A stretch of 29,572 nucleotides of DNA from a virus (IMGVR_UViG_3300027711_000014:1-29572), one strand, 5' to 3'; positions 1 through 7,996 are shown, counted from the first letter of the stretch. Program-made: numbers and translations. Notes: a model not told the origin generated them from the sequence alone.

Positions 1-207
1 AAAAAATATTTAAATGAAGAAAAAAATCAAGAGATATACACTTCTTTCATGGAGTCGATTGTTAAGTTTGTAGGGGATTCTGGAGATTTGTTTGAAGCGA
101 TAAAAAGCAAATATAAAGAGATAGTTTCCACTGTTTTTGATGAGGAAGAAAACTTAACTTTTGAGAAATATATAAGGATGAATAGATATTATGCCAATTC
201 AAATTAA
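1..207 (+). CDS. 3' end of a hypothetical protein (truncated by window edge)
   Basis: Frame 1 is open from base 1 (KKYLNEEKNQEIYTSFMESIVKF...) to TAA at 205-207, overlapping the next ATG. Confidence 0.7.
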   Translation, partial: KKYLNEEKNQEIYTSFMESIVKFVGDSGDLFEAIKSKYKEIVSTVFDEEENLTFEKYIRMNRYYANSN

Positions 208-1924
208 GAAAATAGAGTCTACCAAGAAGGCGACACTTGGTGAAATAGTTGAGGTTCGTGATTACTGGTTTTCTGGTGATATGGAACCGATAGGTGTTTT
301 ATACGGTTGCTTTTCTCCTTTCACAGGTCGTTATGGTCATGCGAGGATGATTGAGGAGGGTAAAAAGCAGGGAATAAATAAATTTATTATATTATTTCCA
401 AATAAAAAGGCAGTATTAGATTCTGATAGGAATATGTTTACACTTGAGCAGAAGTTAAGTATAGCAAATGCTGGTGCGAAGGACTTGGGTTATGATATTT
501 TAGAGGCGTTTATTGGTACTGAGAATTTTTTCTTGAGTGAGTTGTTGGCATTGGCGGAGCGTTATGAAAACAATCGTATAGTGATGATTTGTGGTAATGA
601 TAGGTATAAAGAATACAAAAAATTCATGAATGACTATGATAAAAATCGAGTTCAGTTGCCTGTTGATGATAATTCGATTGGGAAGTTTGAATTGATCGGT
701 TTACATTCTCGTGGAACTCGGAATGTGTCTGGAACTGCTGTTCGTGAGGCGATAAGAAATAATGATAAAGAGTCTTTTCTTGAGATGACTGATTATAGTG
801 AAAAAATGTGGGATATGGTTCGTGAGTATGTTATAAAAAATGGAGTTATAACAGAGATGTTTTTGAAAAATACTCCAGATAGTTTTATGGACTTTTATAA
901 AACTAAAAACCTTGTTAGGAAAATGTTAAGAGAAAACGGTTCTACGAAGCGTGTTGGTATAAAGCATCTTTATAATCCAAAGAATCCCATGCAAATTAAA
1001 CCTTTAGAGTTTATTGATTTACTTAGTGTTATTAAAAAGTCAGGTTCGGTTTTGGAGAATGGTGTTAATTTTGAAATAACTGAAAAAATCGATGGTGCTG
1101 GTTTTAGAATGGGTATAGATGAGAATGGATTTTACATTGAGCAGTCTTATAGTGGAAGAATTTATGATACTGCTTTCTTAGCTGATAAATATACCACAGA
1201 AACTGGTGGAATGAAGCGTTTGGGTAGCGGTTGGATTCATGCTTTTGAGATTCTTCAGCGGAGTAGAAAACTTCAGACAGTTTTGCGTGATATATATGAG
1301 AAGCATGGTTCTTTTAAGGTTATTGGTGAAATTTTAATAAACAAATTAGGTTTAAGTCGTCAGCGTGGTGTTATAAAGTTTAGTGGGATAAATTATCTCA
1401 CTAAAAACTTAGGAAAGGACTTGACGATTGTTGTTTTTGATATAATAGATGATTCTGGTTCTGGAATTCCAAACAAAGAGAGTTTAATAAAAACTCTTAT
1501 AAAAGATGCGTCTACTCAGTCTGTTAAATTTGATGATGTTAGTATAAACTCTGAGCAAAAGATAGTATTAAACCTTCGAGGTGCTGTTCAGGAGGCGGAG
1601 GAGATTATCTCTATATTGGGTGATGCTTTAGAATCGCAGGGTTTGGGTACTATTGAGAGTATATTGAGTGATAAGTCTAGAAAGCGTGATGCTTTGGAGT
1701 TGCGTAGGTATGTTTCCTCGGAGGTTGAGCGTGCTCAGTTTGTTATAAATAAAAAGATTGAGGAAGAGTTGGGTGACTTTAAGGGTAAGTGGGGTAATGA
1801 GTACGAGGGTGTTGTTATAAAATTCTCGGATGGGTCTTTGGTTAAAATAACTTCTGAGACTTTTAAGGAACACATGCGAACCAAAGATGAAGAGTTGCAG
1901 AATTGGATTATGGGTGAGATTTAA
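191..1924 (+). CDS. Fusion of a cytidylyltransferase-like (HxGH) domain and a DUF6267/ligase-like nucleotidyltransferase domain
   Basis: N-terminal half: FSPFTGRYGH (HxGH-like), CGNDR, VSGTAVREAI. C-terminal half: TEKIDG (motif I KxDG), IGE, IVVFD, YEGVVIK...VKIT (motifs IV and V). Confidence 0.7.
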   Translation: MPIQIKKIESTKKATLGEIVEVRDYWFSGDMEPIGVLYGCFSPFTGRYGHARMIEEGKKQGINKFIILFPNKKAVLDSDRNMFTLEQKLSIANAGAKDLGYDILEAFIGTENFFLSELLALAERYENNRIVMICGNDRYKEYKKFMNDYDKNRVQLPVDDNSIGKFELIGLHSRGTRNVSGTAVREAIRNNDKESFLEMTDYSEKMWDMVREYVIKNGVITEMFLKNTPDSFMDFYKTKNLVRKMLRENGSTKRVGIKHLYNPKNPMQIKPLEFIDLLSVIKKSGSVLENGVNFEITEKIDGAGFRMGIDENGFYIEQSYSGRIYDTAFLADKYTTETGGMKRLGSGWIHAFEILQRSRKLQTVLRDIYEKHGSFKVIGEILINKLGLSRQRGVIKFSGINYLTKNLGKDLTIVVFDIIDDSGSGIPNKESLIKTLIKDASTQSVKFDDVSINSEQKIVLNLRGAVQEAEEIISILGDALESQGLGTIESILSDKSRKRDALELRRYVSSEVERAQFVINKKIEEELGDFKGKWGNEYEGVVIKFSDGSLVKITSETFKEHMRTKDEELQNWIMGEI

Positions 1925-1948
1925 TTTACAAACGAGGGTTATTATAAA

Positions 1949-2845
1949 ATGAAGAGAAGAAAAATCGGTTTATATGAGCGTTTCAAAACAAAAATGTCTG
2001 AGCGTTTGGGTGTTGGTCGATTGGATGAGAATCGAGGTCTTGCTTATGAGAGAGAGTTTATAGATGAATTTAATTTCTATTTAGAAACGGGAAAAGAAAC
2101 TATGACGGTCTCTTCTATTTTGGATATAATAGGTCGTGAAGATAGTGTTATTGAAGTTTTAGAAGAGGGGAGTGCGAATAAAAAACGATATTTAGATATA
2201 GTGAGTGATAAAAATGTCATTGTTGGTAGTAAAGATTCCAGTGATAAATTTAACATCGGTGAAATTATAACTGATGTGACTTTAGTTTTGGAGAGTGGCA
2301 AAAGAGAGTATATTTCGTTAAAATGGGGTGGAACCGTTTCTTATATTAACTTAGGTATTCGTGGTTTGGCATCTTCTCCAATTTTATCCAAGTCTGAAGT
2401 TGAGAGTGGTTTTATTGAGTCAAAAAGAGGTCAGGATTTCCTTAAATTTCTTCACATTGATAATGAACGATATTGTGAAACCTTTAATGGATATATTCCT
2501 GTTGGTAAAAACTTAAGGGTTACAAATAAAGTTGAGTATAATTATGAAAATGTAACTTCGGAGTATCAAAATAAGGGAATTATGGACTTTTTAAACTCTG
2601 CTATTGGTCATGGATATATTTATGTACACAAAGTTGGAAGTGGTGCAAAAATTGAAGACAGACGGAGTCCAAGTAATGTTATTAAAAGTATAAACTCTGC
2701 TCATGTAAAATTTCCTCCAGTTGGTGATGCGAAGCGTATAGAAATAGAGGTTAGAACGGATAGAGAGGATGTTAAGATGATTTTTAGAAGCAAAAATGGG
2801 GATATTGTTCCTACTCACATGTTAATTGAACCTTTGCGGTCTTAA
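1949..2845 (+). CDS. Hypothetical protein, PD-(D/E)XK restriction-endonuclease-like fold
   Basis: 298 aa ORF with GAGG RBS. N-terminal GLAYE helix and TDVTL...YISLK pattern (D...SLK variant). Confidence 0.5.
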   Translation: MKRRKIGLYERFKTKMSERLGVGRLDENRGLAYEREFIDEFNFYLETGKETMTVSSILDIIGREDSVIEVLEEGSANKKRYLDIVSDKNVIVGSKDSSDKFNIGEIITDVTLVLESGKREYISLKWGGTVSYINLGIRGLASSPILSKSEVESGFIESKRGQDFLKFLHIDNERYCETFNGYIPVGKNLRVTNKVEYNYENVTSEYQNKGIMDFLNSAIGHGYIYVHKVGSGAKIEDRRSPSNVIKSINSAHVKFPPVGDAKRIEIEVRTDREDVKMIFRSKNGDIVPTHMLIEPLRS

Positions 2846-2884
2846 AATCGTCAAAAATCCAATAAAAATAGAGAATTTCTCAAG

Positions 2885-2909
2885 AAAAGCACCTTTTTGG
2901 TGTTTTTTT
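2885..2909 (+). terminator. Rho-independent terminator
   Basis: AAAAGCACC-TTTTT-GGTGTTTTT stem-loop running into a T tract, after the ORF ending at 2845. Confidence 0.65.
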
Positions 2910-2922
2910 ATTCAAATTGCCC

Positions 2923-2952
2923 TTGACAATAGTACTTTATTTACTATATTTA
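2923..2952 (+). promoter_or_regulatory. Sigma70-like promoter
   Basis: TTGACA (2923-2928), 16-nt spacer, TATATT (2945-2950). Same TTGACAA...TACTATATTTA layout as at 6846. Confidence 0.7.
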
Positions 2953-2968
2953 TTATACAAACTTAAAC

Positions 2969-2987
2969 GAGGTTAAAAATGAGTTAT
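2969..2987 (+). repeat. 19-bp imperfect direct repeat, copy 1 (RBS plus start codon)
   Basis: GAGGTTAAAAATGAGTTAT, 18/19 identical to 4552-4570. Confidence 0.7.
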
Positions 2988-3151
2988 TTAGAAAAAATAA
3001 AAATAATCAGTACACAAATGGACAAAAATTATGTATATTTGAAGATGGTGGTATTGAAGGCAAAACATATTTTGAGGATAGTGAAGGTGTATGTTACATT
3101 TTCAATAAACAAAGAGAGTGTGTTTTGAAGTTTGAAAAACAAAGGAAATAA
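2979..3151 (+). pseudogene. Small phage ORF, apparently frameshifted in an A6 run
   Basis: ATG 2979 follows GAGG and reads MSYLEK. The -1 frame continues NKNNQYTNGQKLCIFEDGGIEGKTYFEDSEGVCYIFNKQRECVLKFEKQRK*. The unshifted frame gives a 49-aa peptide ending near 3128. Confidence 0.4.
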
Positions 3152-3173
3152 TATTCATGGAATTTTATTGAGT

Positions 3174-4454
3174 ATGATGGTAGAAACTAAATACAATAGA
3201 ACATATACAGATGCTTGGGATTTTAGGACAAGTGACACTAAAGAATACACTCATTCTTATCACAATTACCCAGCGATGATGATTCCTCAAATTGCAAGAA
3301 AGTTAATTGAGGATTATGCACCAAAAGGCAAACTTGAACTAATTTTTGACCCATATATGGGTTCTGGAACTACTTTAGTTGAGTCAAAATTAAAAGGCAT
3401 TAATTCTATTGGTACAGATTTAAATCCATTAGCTAGACTAATATCAAAAACGAAAACTACAAATTTTGATATTAATGAAATTGAGAATAAAATTCAATTA
3501 TTGAATTCTCAAATAAAAAATTATAAAGGAAGTACAAAAGTTAATTTAGAACACATTACAAATGTGGACTTTTGGTATAGTCCAGAAAACACTTCTGAAC
3601 TAAATTATTTAACTCAAATTATAAACCAGTTTTCAACAGACATAAAAGATTTTTTTCTATTAGCTCTTTCAGAATGTGTAAGGGAAGTTTCGTATACAAG
3701 AAATGGTGAATTCAAGAGATATCGAATGGCTAAAGAAAAAATACCTTCATTTAAACCGAATACTTTTAAATTATTCATCGATAAACTTGAAAGGAATAAA
3801 AAAGGGTTAATTGAATTTAATAAAAAACAAAACAGCTCATCTGCAATTGTATCTTCTTTTAATACAGTTTTCGGAATTCCAAGTGAGGAAATAAAAGAAG
3901 GTTCAGTTGATTTAGTTGTAACATCACCACCTTATGGTGATTCCAGAACTACAGTCGCTTATGGGCAATTTTCTAGATGGGCAAACGAATGGTTCAAATT
4001 TGAAAATGCAAAGACTCTTGATAAGATTTTAATGGGTGGAAGTAAAATTAAAGAGTTTAGCTTACAAACAAATTCAATATCAAAAGAACTAAAATCAATT
4101 AAAGAAGCTGACGAAAAAAGATATTACGAAGTTTTATCCTTTTTAGATGACTATTATAAATCGATTTGTAATGTTTCTAAAGTAATTAGAATTGGTGGTA
4201 GAATTTGCTACGTTGTAGGAAATAGAAATGTAAAAGGAGTTCAAATTCCATTGGACTATTTCACTATCGAAACATTTGAGAGAAATGGATTTAAGCATCT
4301 AGATACATTCGTGAGAAGTATTCCAAATAAGCGAATGCCGAATAAAATAAGTCCAACAAATAAAAAAGGAGTTAATGTTACAACAATGGTAAATGAATTT
4401 ATTATTGTAATGGAAAAACAAAAGCAAGTTGCCAACAACGTATATAAAAAATAG
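3174..4454 (+). CDS. N4-cytosine DNA methyltransferase (alpha class, M.MvaI/M.PspGI-like), orphan
   Basis: THSYHNYPAMMIPQI, motif I FDPYMGSGT located before motif IV TSPPY. Start set at ATG 3174 or 3177 (ORF track uses TTG 3132). Confidence 0.85.
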   Translation: MMVETKYNRTYTDAWDFRTSDTKEYTHSYHNYPAMMIPQIARKLIEDYAPKGKLELIFDPYMGSGTTLVESKLKGINSIGTDLNPLARLISKTKTTNFDINEIENKIQLLNSQIKNYKGSTKVNLEHITNVDFWYSPENTSELNYLTQIINQFSTDIKDFFLLALSECVREVSYTRNGEFKRYRMAKEKIPSFKPNTFKLFIDKLERNKKGLIEFNKKQNSSSAIVSSFNTVFGIPSEEIKEGSVDLVVTSPPYGDSRTTVAYGQFSRWANEWFKFENAKTLDKILMGGSKIKEFSLQTNSISKELKSIKEADEKRYYEVLSFLDDYYKSICNVSKVIRIGGRICYVVGNRNVKGVQIPLDYFTIETFERNGFKHLDTFVRSIPNKRMPNKISPTNKKGVNVTTMVNEFIIVMEKQKQVANNVYKK

Positions 4455-4545
4455 CGGTTTAATCGCTTAAACAAAAGAAAATTAATAAATTAGAGGTCAT
4501 TGCAAAACCGAAAAATTAGTGCATAAAATCCACTAGATGATATAA
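4429..4545 (+). mobile_element. Truncated Bacteroidota-type attC-like gene-cassette element
   Basis: TGCCAAC-AACGTATATAAAAAATAGCGG...AACCGAAAAATTAGTG...AAATCCACTA. Partial inverted repeat (TAGCGGTTT / AATCCACTA); no terminal GTT core. Recognised from recall of Flavobacteriia cassette ends. Confidence 0.5.
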
Positions 4546-4551
4546 AGAAAA

Positions 4552-4570
4552 GAGGTTAAAAATGGGTTAT
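4552..4570 (+). repeat. 19-bp imperfect direct repeat, copy 2
   Basis: GAGGTTAAAAATGGGTTAT, 18/19 identical to 2969-2987. Confidence 0.7.
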
Positions 4571-5428
4571 ATGAAAATTCCTAATCTATATAAAGAAAAA
4601 GAAATAATGGGAAAAGCACATGGAGTGTTATGCTATGGAAAAAATTCATGGTACAAGCACAAATATTCAATATCACCACGATAAAAAGGAATTGAAGTTT
4701 TTTGCAGGCGGTTGCAAGCACGAGACTTTTGTAAATATCTTTAACCAAGAGAAGCTATTAGAAAAATAGACTTATTAGGTATAGACGAAGATTTCATTAT
4801 TTATGGTGAAGGGTATGGTGGAAAATGTCAAAGAATGTCAGCTACTTATGGAAAAGAATTGAAGTTTGTTGCTTTTGATGTATTTGTAGGTGGTAGGTTT
4901 TTGAATGTACCTGATGCAGAGAGGATTGTTAAATTTTTAGGATTGGAGTTTGTAGATTATGTAAAAACTACTACAGACATTGAATCGCTAGACAAAGAAA
5001 AAACAAAACACTCTATTCAGGCGATTAGGAATGGACTTGGAGAGGGTAAAGAGAGAGAAGGGATTGTTATTAGACCATTAGTTGAGTCTTTGGATAGATT
5101 TGGAAAAAGACTTATAGTAAAACATAAGAACGATTCTTTCAGAGAGACAAGGACACCAAGGTTCACTACCGAACAATTGAAGGTGTTTGAGGATGCTAAA
5201 GAGATTGCTGAGGAGTGGGTAACTCAAATGCGTCTTGAACATATTTTAGATAAGATGCCAAAAGATTTGGAGATGAGGGATATTCCAACAATTCAAAACA
5301 AAATGTTAGAGGATGTTTATCTAGAAGCAGAAGGTGAAATTGTTCATTCCAGAGAAGCAACAAAAGCGATAAAAAACAAAACAGCAAACTTGTTTAAAGA
5401 ATATATTAAAAAGGGATTAAACAATTAA
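4562..5428 (+). pseudogene. RNA ligase (Rnl2-like ATP-dependent ligase), broken by two compensating frameshifts
   Basis: MGYMKIPNLYKEKEIM starts at 4562. The +1 frame (4620-4769) reads MECYAMEKIHGTS... (motif I). The original frame resumes at about 4766 with YGE, FVAFDV, EGIVIRP and VKHKN. The ORF track shows only 4835-5428. Confidence 0.75.
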
Positions 5429-5449
5429 TATTAATGGAAGGATAAAAAT

Positions 5450-5830
5450 ATGAAAAATATATCTAGTTTACCATTTTTCATAATGCTTTTTTATAATACA
5501 TTAGTAGGATTACAAATAGTTAAGATGGAATATTTATACCTATCTGCGATTGGTTTCTCCTATTTTGTTATTTTTCAGTTTTTGTTTTTTGAGATGTGTT
5601 TACAAACCAAAGATGGTTTAATTGATAAGATTGGAGAGTCATTAAACAAGACAGCGATATATGGTTATCCCTCAGCGGTTGTTGTTATTATTTCATATTA
5701 TTTAGTACTACATTTAAGTTTAGTTGATTGTAGTGGGTTGCATATATTCTTAAAATATGTAATATTGGGTTCGCTTCCCTTTTATATATTAACTAGTATG
5801 ATGGTTTTAATGATTCCAGACAAGGATTAA
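5450..5830 (+). CDS. Hypothetical membrane protein
   Basis: 126 aa with about 4 hydrophobic segments; AAGGA RBS. Confidence 0.65.
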   Translation: MKNISSLPFFIMLFYNTLVGLQIVKMEYLYLSAIGFSYFVIFQFLFFEMCLQTKDGLIDKIGESLNKTAIYGYPSAVVVIISYYLVLHLSLVDCSGLHIFLKYVILGSLPFYILTSMMVLMIPDKD

Positions 5831-5849
5831 ATAATTTTAAGGAGTTTTC

Positions 5850-6662
5850 ATGGGTTTTGATTTTATAATTACAAATCCTCCGTATAATAAGACTTTATAT
5901 TTAGATATTTTGGAGTATTTGATAAAGAATGATAAGAATTGTGAGATAGTAAGTGTGAATCCCAGTCAGCATTTGACTGATGTGTTGGCGTCTCGTGGTT
6001 ATAAGGTTGGGAGTACTTTTTCTAAATATGAAAACTCGGTTTATAGACACATTAAAGATGCCTTATATTTTGATACAGAAGAGTTTAACAGACGGTTTGA
6101 TATTAATTACTCTGGCAATGGTGCGATATATTATATTATTCCAAATAAGACTTTTGAAAAGTATAAAACGGCATTTCAGGACATGAATAAGCATGGAGAG
6201 ATTGTTTATTCTGTTTTGTCTAGAATTGTAAAAAAGGTTTTCGATGGTGATGTTGTATATAACCATTACAAACCATTTATATCTGGTAATTTAGTTGCGA
6301 TGGGAGAGATAAACTCTGGGTATATTAGTGGTGAGTTGCTTTCTGATATTCACAAGCGTGTTTACTCCTCTAAGGATGAATTTTTGAAGAATTATAGAGG
6401 GTTGAATAAAGAGGACAAAATAGATACTCCAAGAAACTTCGTCTGCTTCAAAACTTTAAAAGAGGCACAAAATTTCATTGAGTTTTTAGATTCTGATTTT
6501 ATCAAATTTTACACGCGAGGGATACAAATTGATGTCCATCCAATGTTTAAATTTATTCCTTTATTAGATATGAGTGAAAAGTGGTCAAACGAGAGATTAT
6601 GTGAATATTATAATGTTTCTGAGGAAGAGTTTAAATTATGTTTAGAATGGTTTAAGAGTTAA
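5850..6662 (+). CDS. N6-adenine methyltransferase-like protein (Eco57I-type NPPY half, no motif I)
   Basis: FDFIITNPPY at the extreme N-terminus; C-terminal FIPLLDMSEKWSNERLCEYY tail; AGGAG RBS. Confidence 0.65.
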   Translation: MGFDFIITNPPYNKTLYLDILEYLIKNDKNCEIVSVNPSQHLTDVLASRGYKVGSTFSKYENSVYRHIKDALYFDTEEFNRRFDINYSGNGAIYYIIPNKTFEKYKTAFQDMNKHGEIVYSVLSRIVKKVFDGDVVYNHYKPFISGNLVAMGEINSGYISGELLSDIHKRVYSSKDEFLKNYRGLNKEDKIDTPRNFVCFKTLKEAQNFIEFLDSDFIKFYTRGIQIDVHPMFKFIPLLDMSEKWSNERLCEYYNVSEEEFKLCLEWFKS

Positions 6663-6693
6663 AAAAGAGTTTTTTTATTATAATATTTGAACC

Positions 6694-6722
6694 AAATCAT
6701 CCATTTGTCGTGGATGGTTTTT
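6694..6722 (+). terminator. Rho-independent terminator
   Basis: AAATCATCCA-TTTGTCG-TGGATGGTTT stem-loop followed by TT. Confidence 0.6.
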
Positions 6723-6845
6723 CACATTTGCTTCAATTCTACTCTAATTTCAAACACAGGGGCGACTTTTAGGGGATATAACACATGAAACCTATAAACA
6801 TCAGCGAGTGAAATAAAAGGACTTAGCGAGGCACACAGGGCAAAC

Positions 6846-6875
6846 TTGACAAAATTAAATTATATACTATATTTA
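6846..6875 (+). promoter_or_regulatory. Sigma70-like promoter
   Basis: TTGACA (6846-6851), 16-nt spacer, TATATT (6868-6873) within TACTATATTTA. Confidence 0.7.
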
Positions 6876-6908
6876 CAGTATACGAATTTTATCCCAAGGA
6901 GAATCAAG

Positions 6909-7142
6909 ATGGATAATGAAAAACATCTAACAAATTCAAAACAAGTTAAAGGAACAGTTTTCACTATTATTGGTGTTCCTTTAAAAGTACTTAAAAAGGT
7001 AAAGGATATTTTACTTTATATAATATTAGCTTTATTATCGGTTGTGTGTACTCTTTTTGTGGGAATATATTATTTTGTTTTATTCTTACTTACATTACTC
7101 GCTTTAATTATTGTGGTTTTTTTATATTTGTTGTTTATTTAA
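6909..7142 (+). CDS. Small membrane protein
   Basis: AGGAGA RBS before ATG 6909; long hydrophobic C-terminal half. The ORF-track TTG at 6846 is the promoter -35. Confidence 0.65.
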   Translation: MDNEKHLTNSKQVKGTVFTIIGVPLKVLKKVKDILLYIILALLSVVCTLFVGIYYFVLFLLTLLALIIVVFLYLLFI

Positions 7143-7153
7143 AAGGAAAAACT

Positions 7154-7918
7154 ATGAATGTTCAAACAGAGTTGTGGAATGCGTTTAATGATATAAAATT
7201 TGACGAGGAGAGTCATACTTACACGGATTCCAAGGGAACTAATTATACTTCTGCTACCAAGTGGAAGAATAGATTTCTTCCAAAGATAGATTGGGTGGCG
7301 ATTGCAAAAGAGTCTGCAGAAAAGACGGGAGAGGATTATAGGGATGTTCAGAAGCGTTGGAAGCAGGCAGGTGATTATGCTTCCACTTTGGGAACTGAGG
7401 TACATTTATTCATGGAAAATTTATGGTTAAAAAAGAATTATAAATTTAATAACTCTTTAGATAAAAAGTTTCCAGAAATGCGTTCAGATTTTGAGTTTAG
7501 GAAGGAGCGATGTATAAAGATTTTCAATTCTTTAAAGAATTGTGTGGTACCGATAGCTACGGAGTTGGTTATAAATGATTCTGAGTTTGGGATTTGTGGT
7601 ACTGTGGACTTTCTTGGATATAACCAAAACACGAAAGAGTTTTATATATTTGATTGGAAGACTAGTAAGAAATTTGAGACTGAGAGTTTTTTCAGTAAAG
7701 AACTTTTAGAACCTTTTACTCATTTGAGGAATGTTAATACTGTGGAGTATAGTTTACAGTTATCTTTGTATAAATATATTATAGAGAAACATACAAATAT
7801 AAAAATAAGCAAATTAACATTATTTCAAATTCCAAATAAAGACTCTTGTTTTTCGAGTGTGCATGAATGTTTAGATTTGAGTAATGATATAAAAAGATAT
7901 TTGGAGAATAACTCTTAA
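7154..7918 (+). CDS. PD-(D/E)XK (RecB/Cas4-like) exonuclease
   Basis: FDEESHTY, GTEVH, ICGTVDFL, IFDWKT and YSLQLSLY motifs; AAGGA RBS before ATG 7154. Confidence 0.85.
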   Translation: MNVQTELWNAFNDIKFDEESHTYTDSKGTNYTSATKWKNRFLPKIDWVAIAKESAEKTGEDYRDVQKRWKQAGDYASTLGTEVHLFMENLWLKKNYKFNNSLDKKFPEMRSDFEFRKERCIKIFNSLKNCVVPIATELVINDSEFGICGTVDFLGYNQNTKEFYIFDWKTSKKFETESFFSKELLEPFTHLRNVNTVEYSLQLSLYKYIIEKHTNIKISKLTLFQIPNKDSCFSSVHECLDLSNDIKRYLENNS

Positions 7919-7996
7919 AGGTCTTATAAAAACTAACTATTAATAAAAAATAATACTATATTTTACTTAGTATGTTTTTTATAAAGAAGGTATAAA

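Noticed and set aside
1949-4454. A cognate type II restriction-modification pair
   Set aside because: The genes are separated by a terminator, a promoter and another ORF, and differ in codon style. Not excluded, but unsupported.
2884-4619. 9-mer GAAAAGCAC shared by the 2885 terminator and the first ligase frameshift site (4611)
   Set aside because: Too short to distinguish from chance in A-rich sequence.
4767-4769. TAG read-through or alternative genetic code as the explanation for the broken RNA ligase
   Set aside because: The continuation is in a different frame, more TAGs follow in the same frame, and TAG and TGA end intact genes elsewhere (8902, 21961, 18100).
7154-7918. Cas4 / CRISPR system
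   Set aside because: No repeat-spacer array or other cas genes were seen, and no clear four-Cys Fe-S pattern; better explained as a common phage exonuclease.
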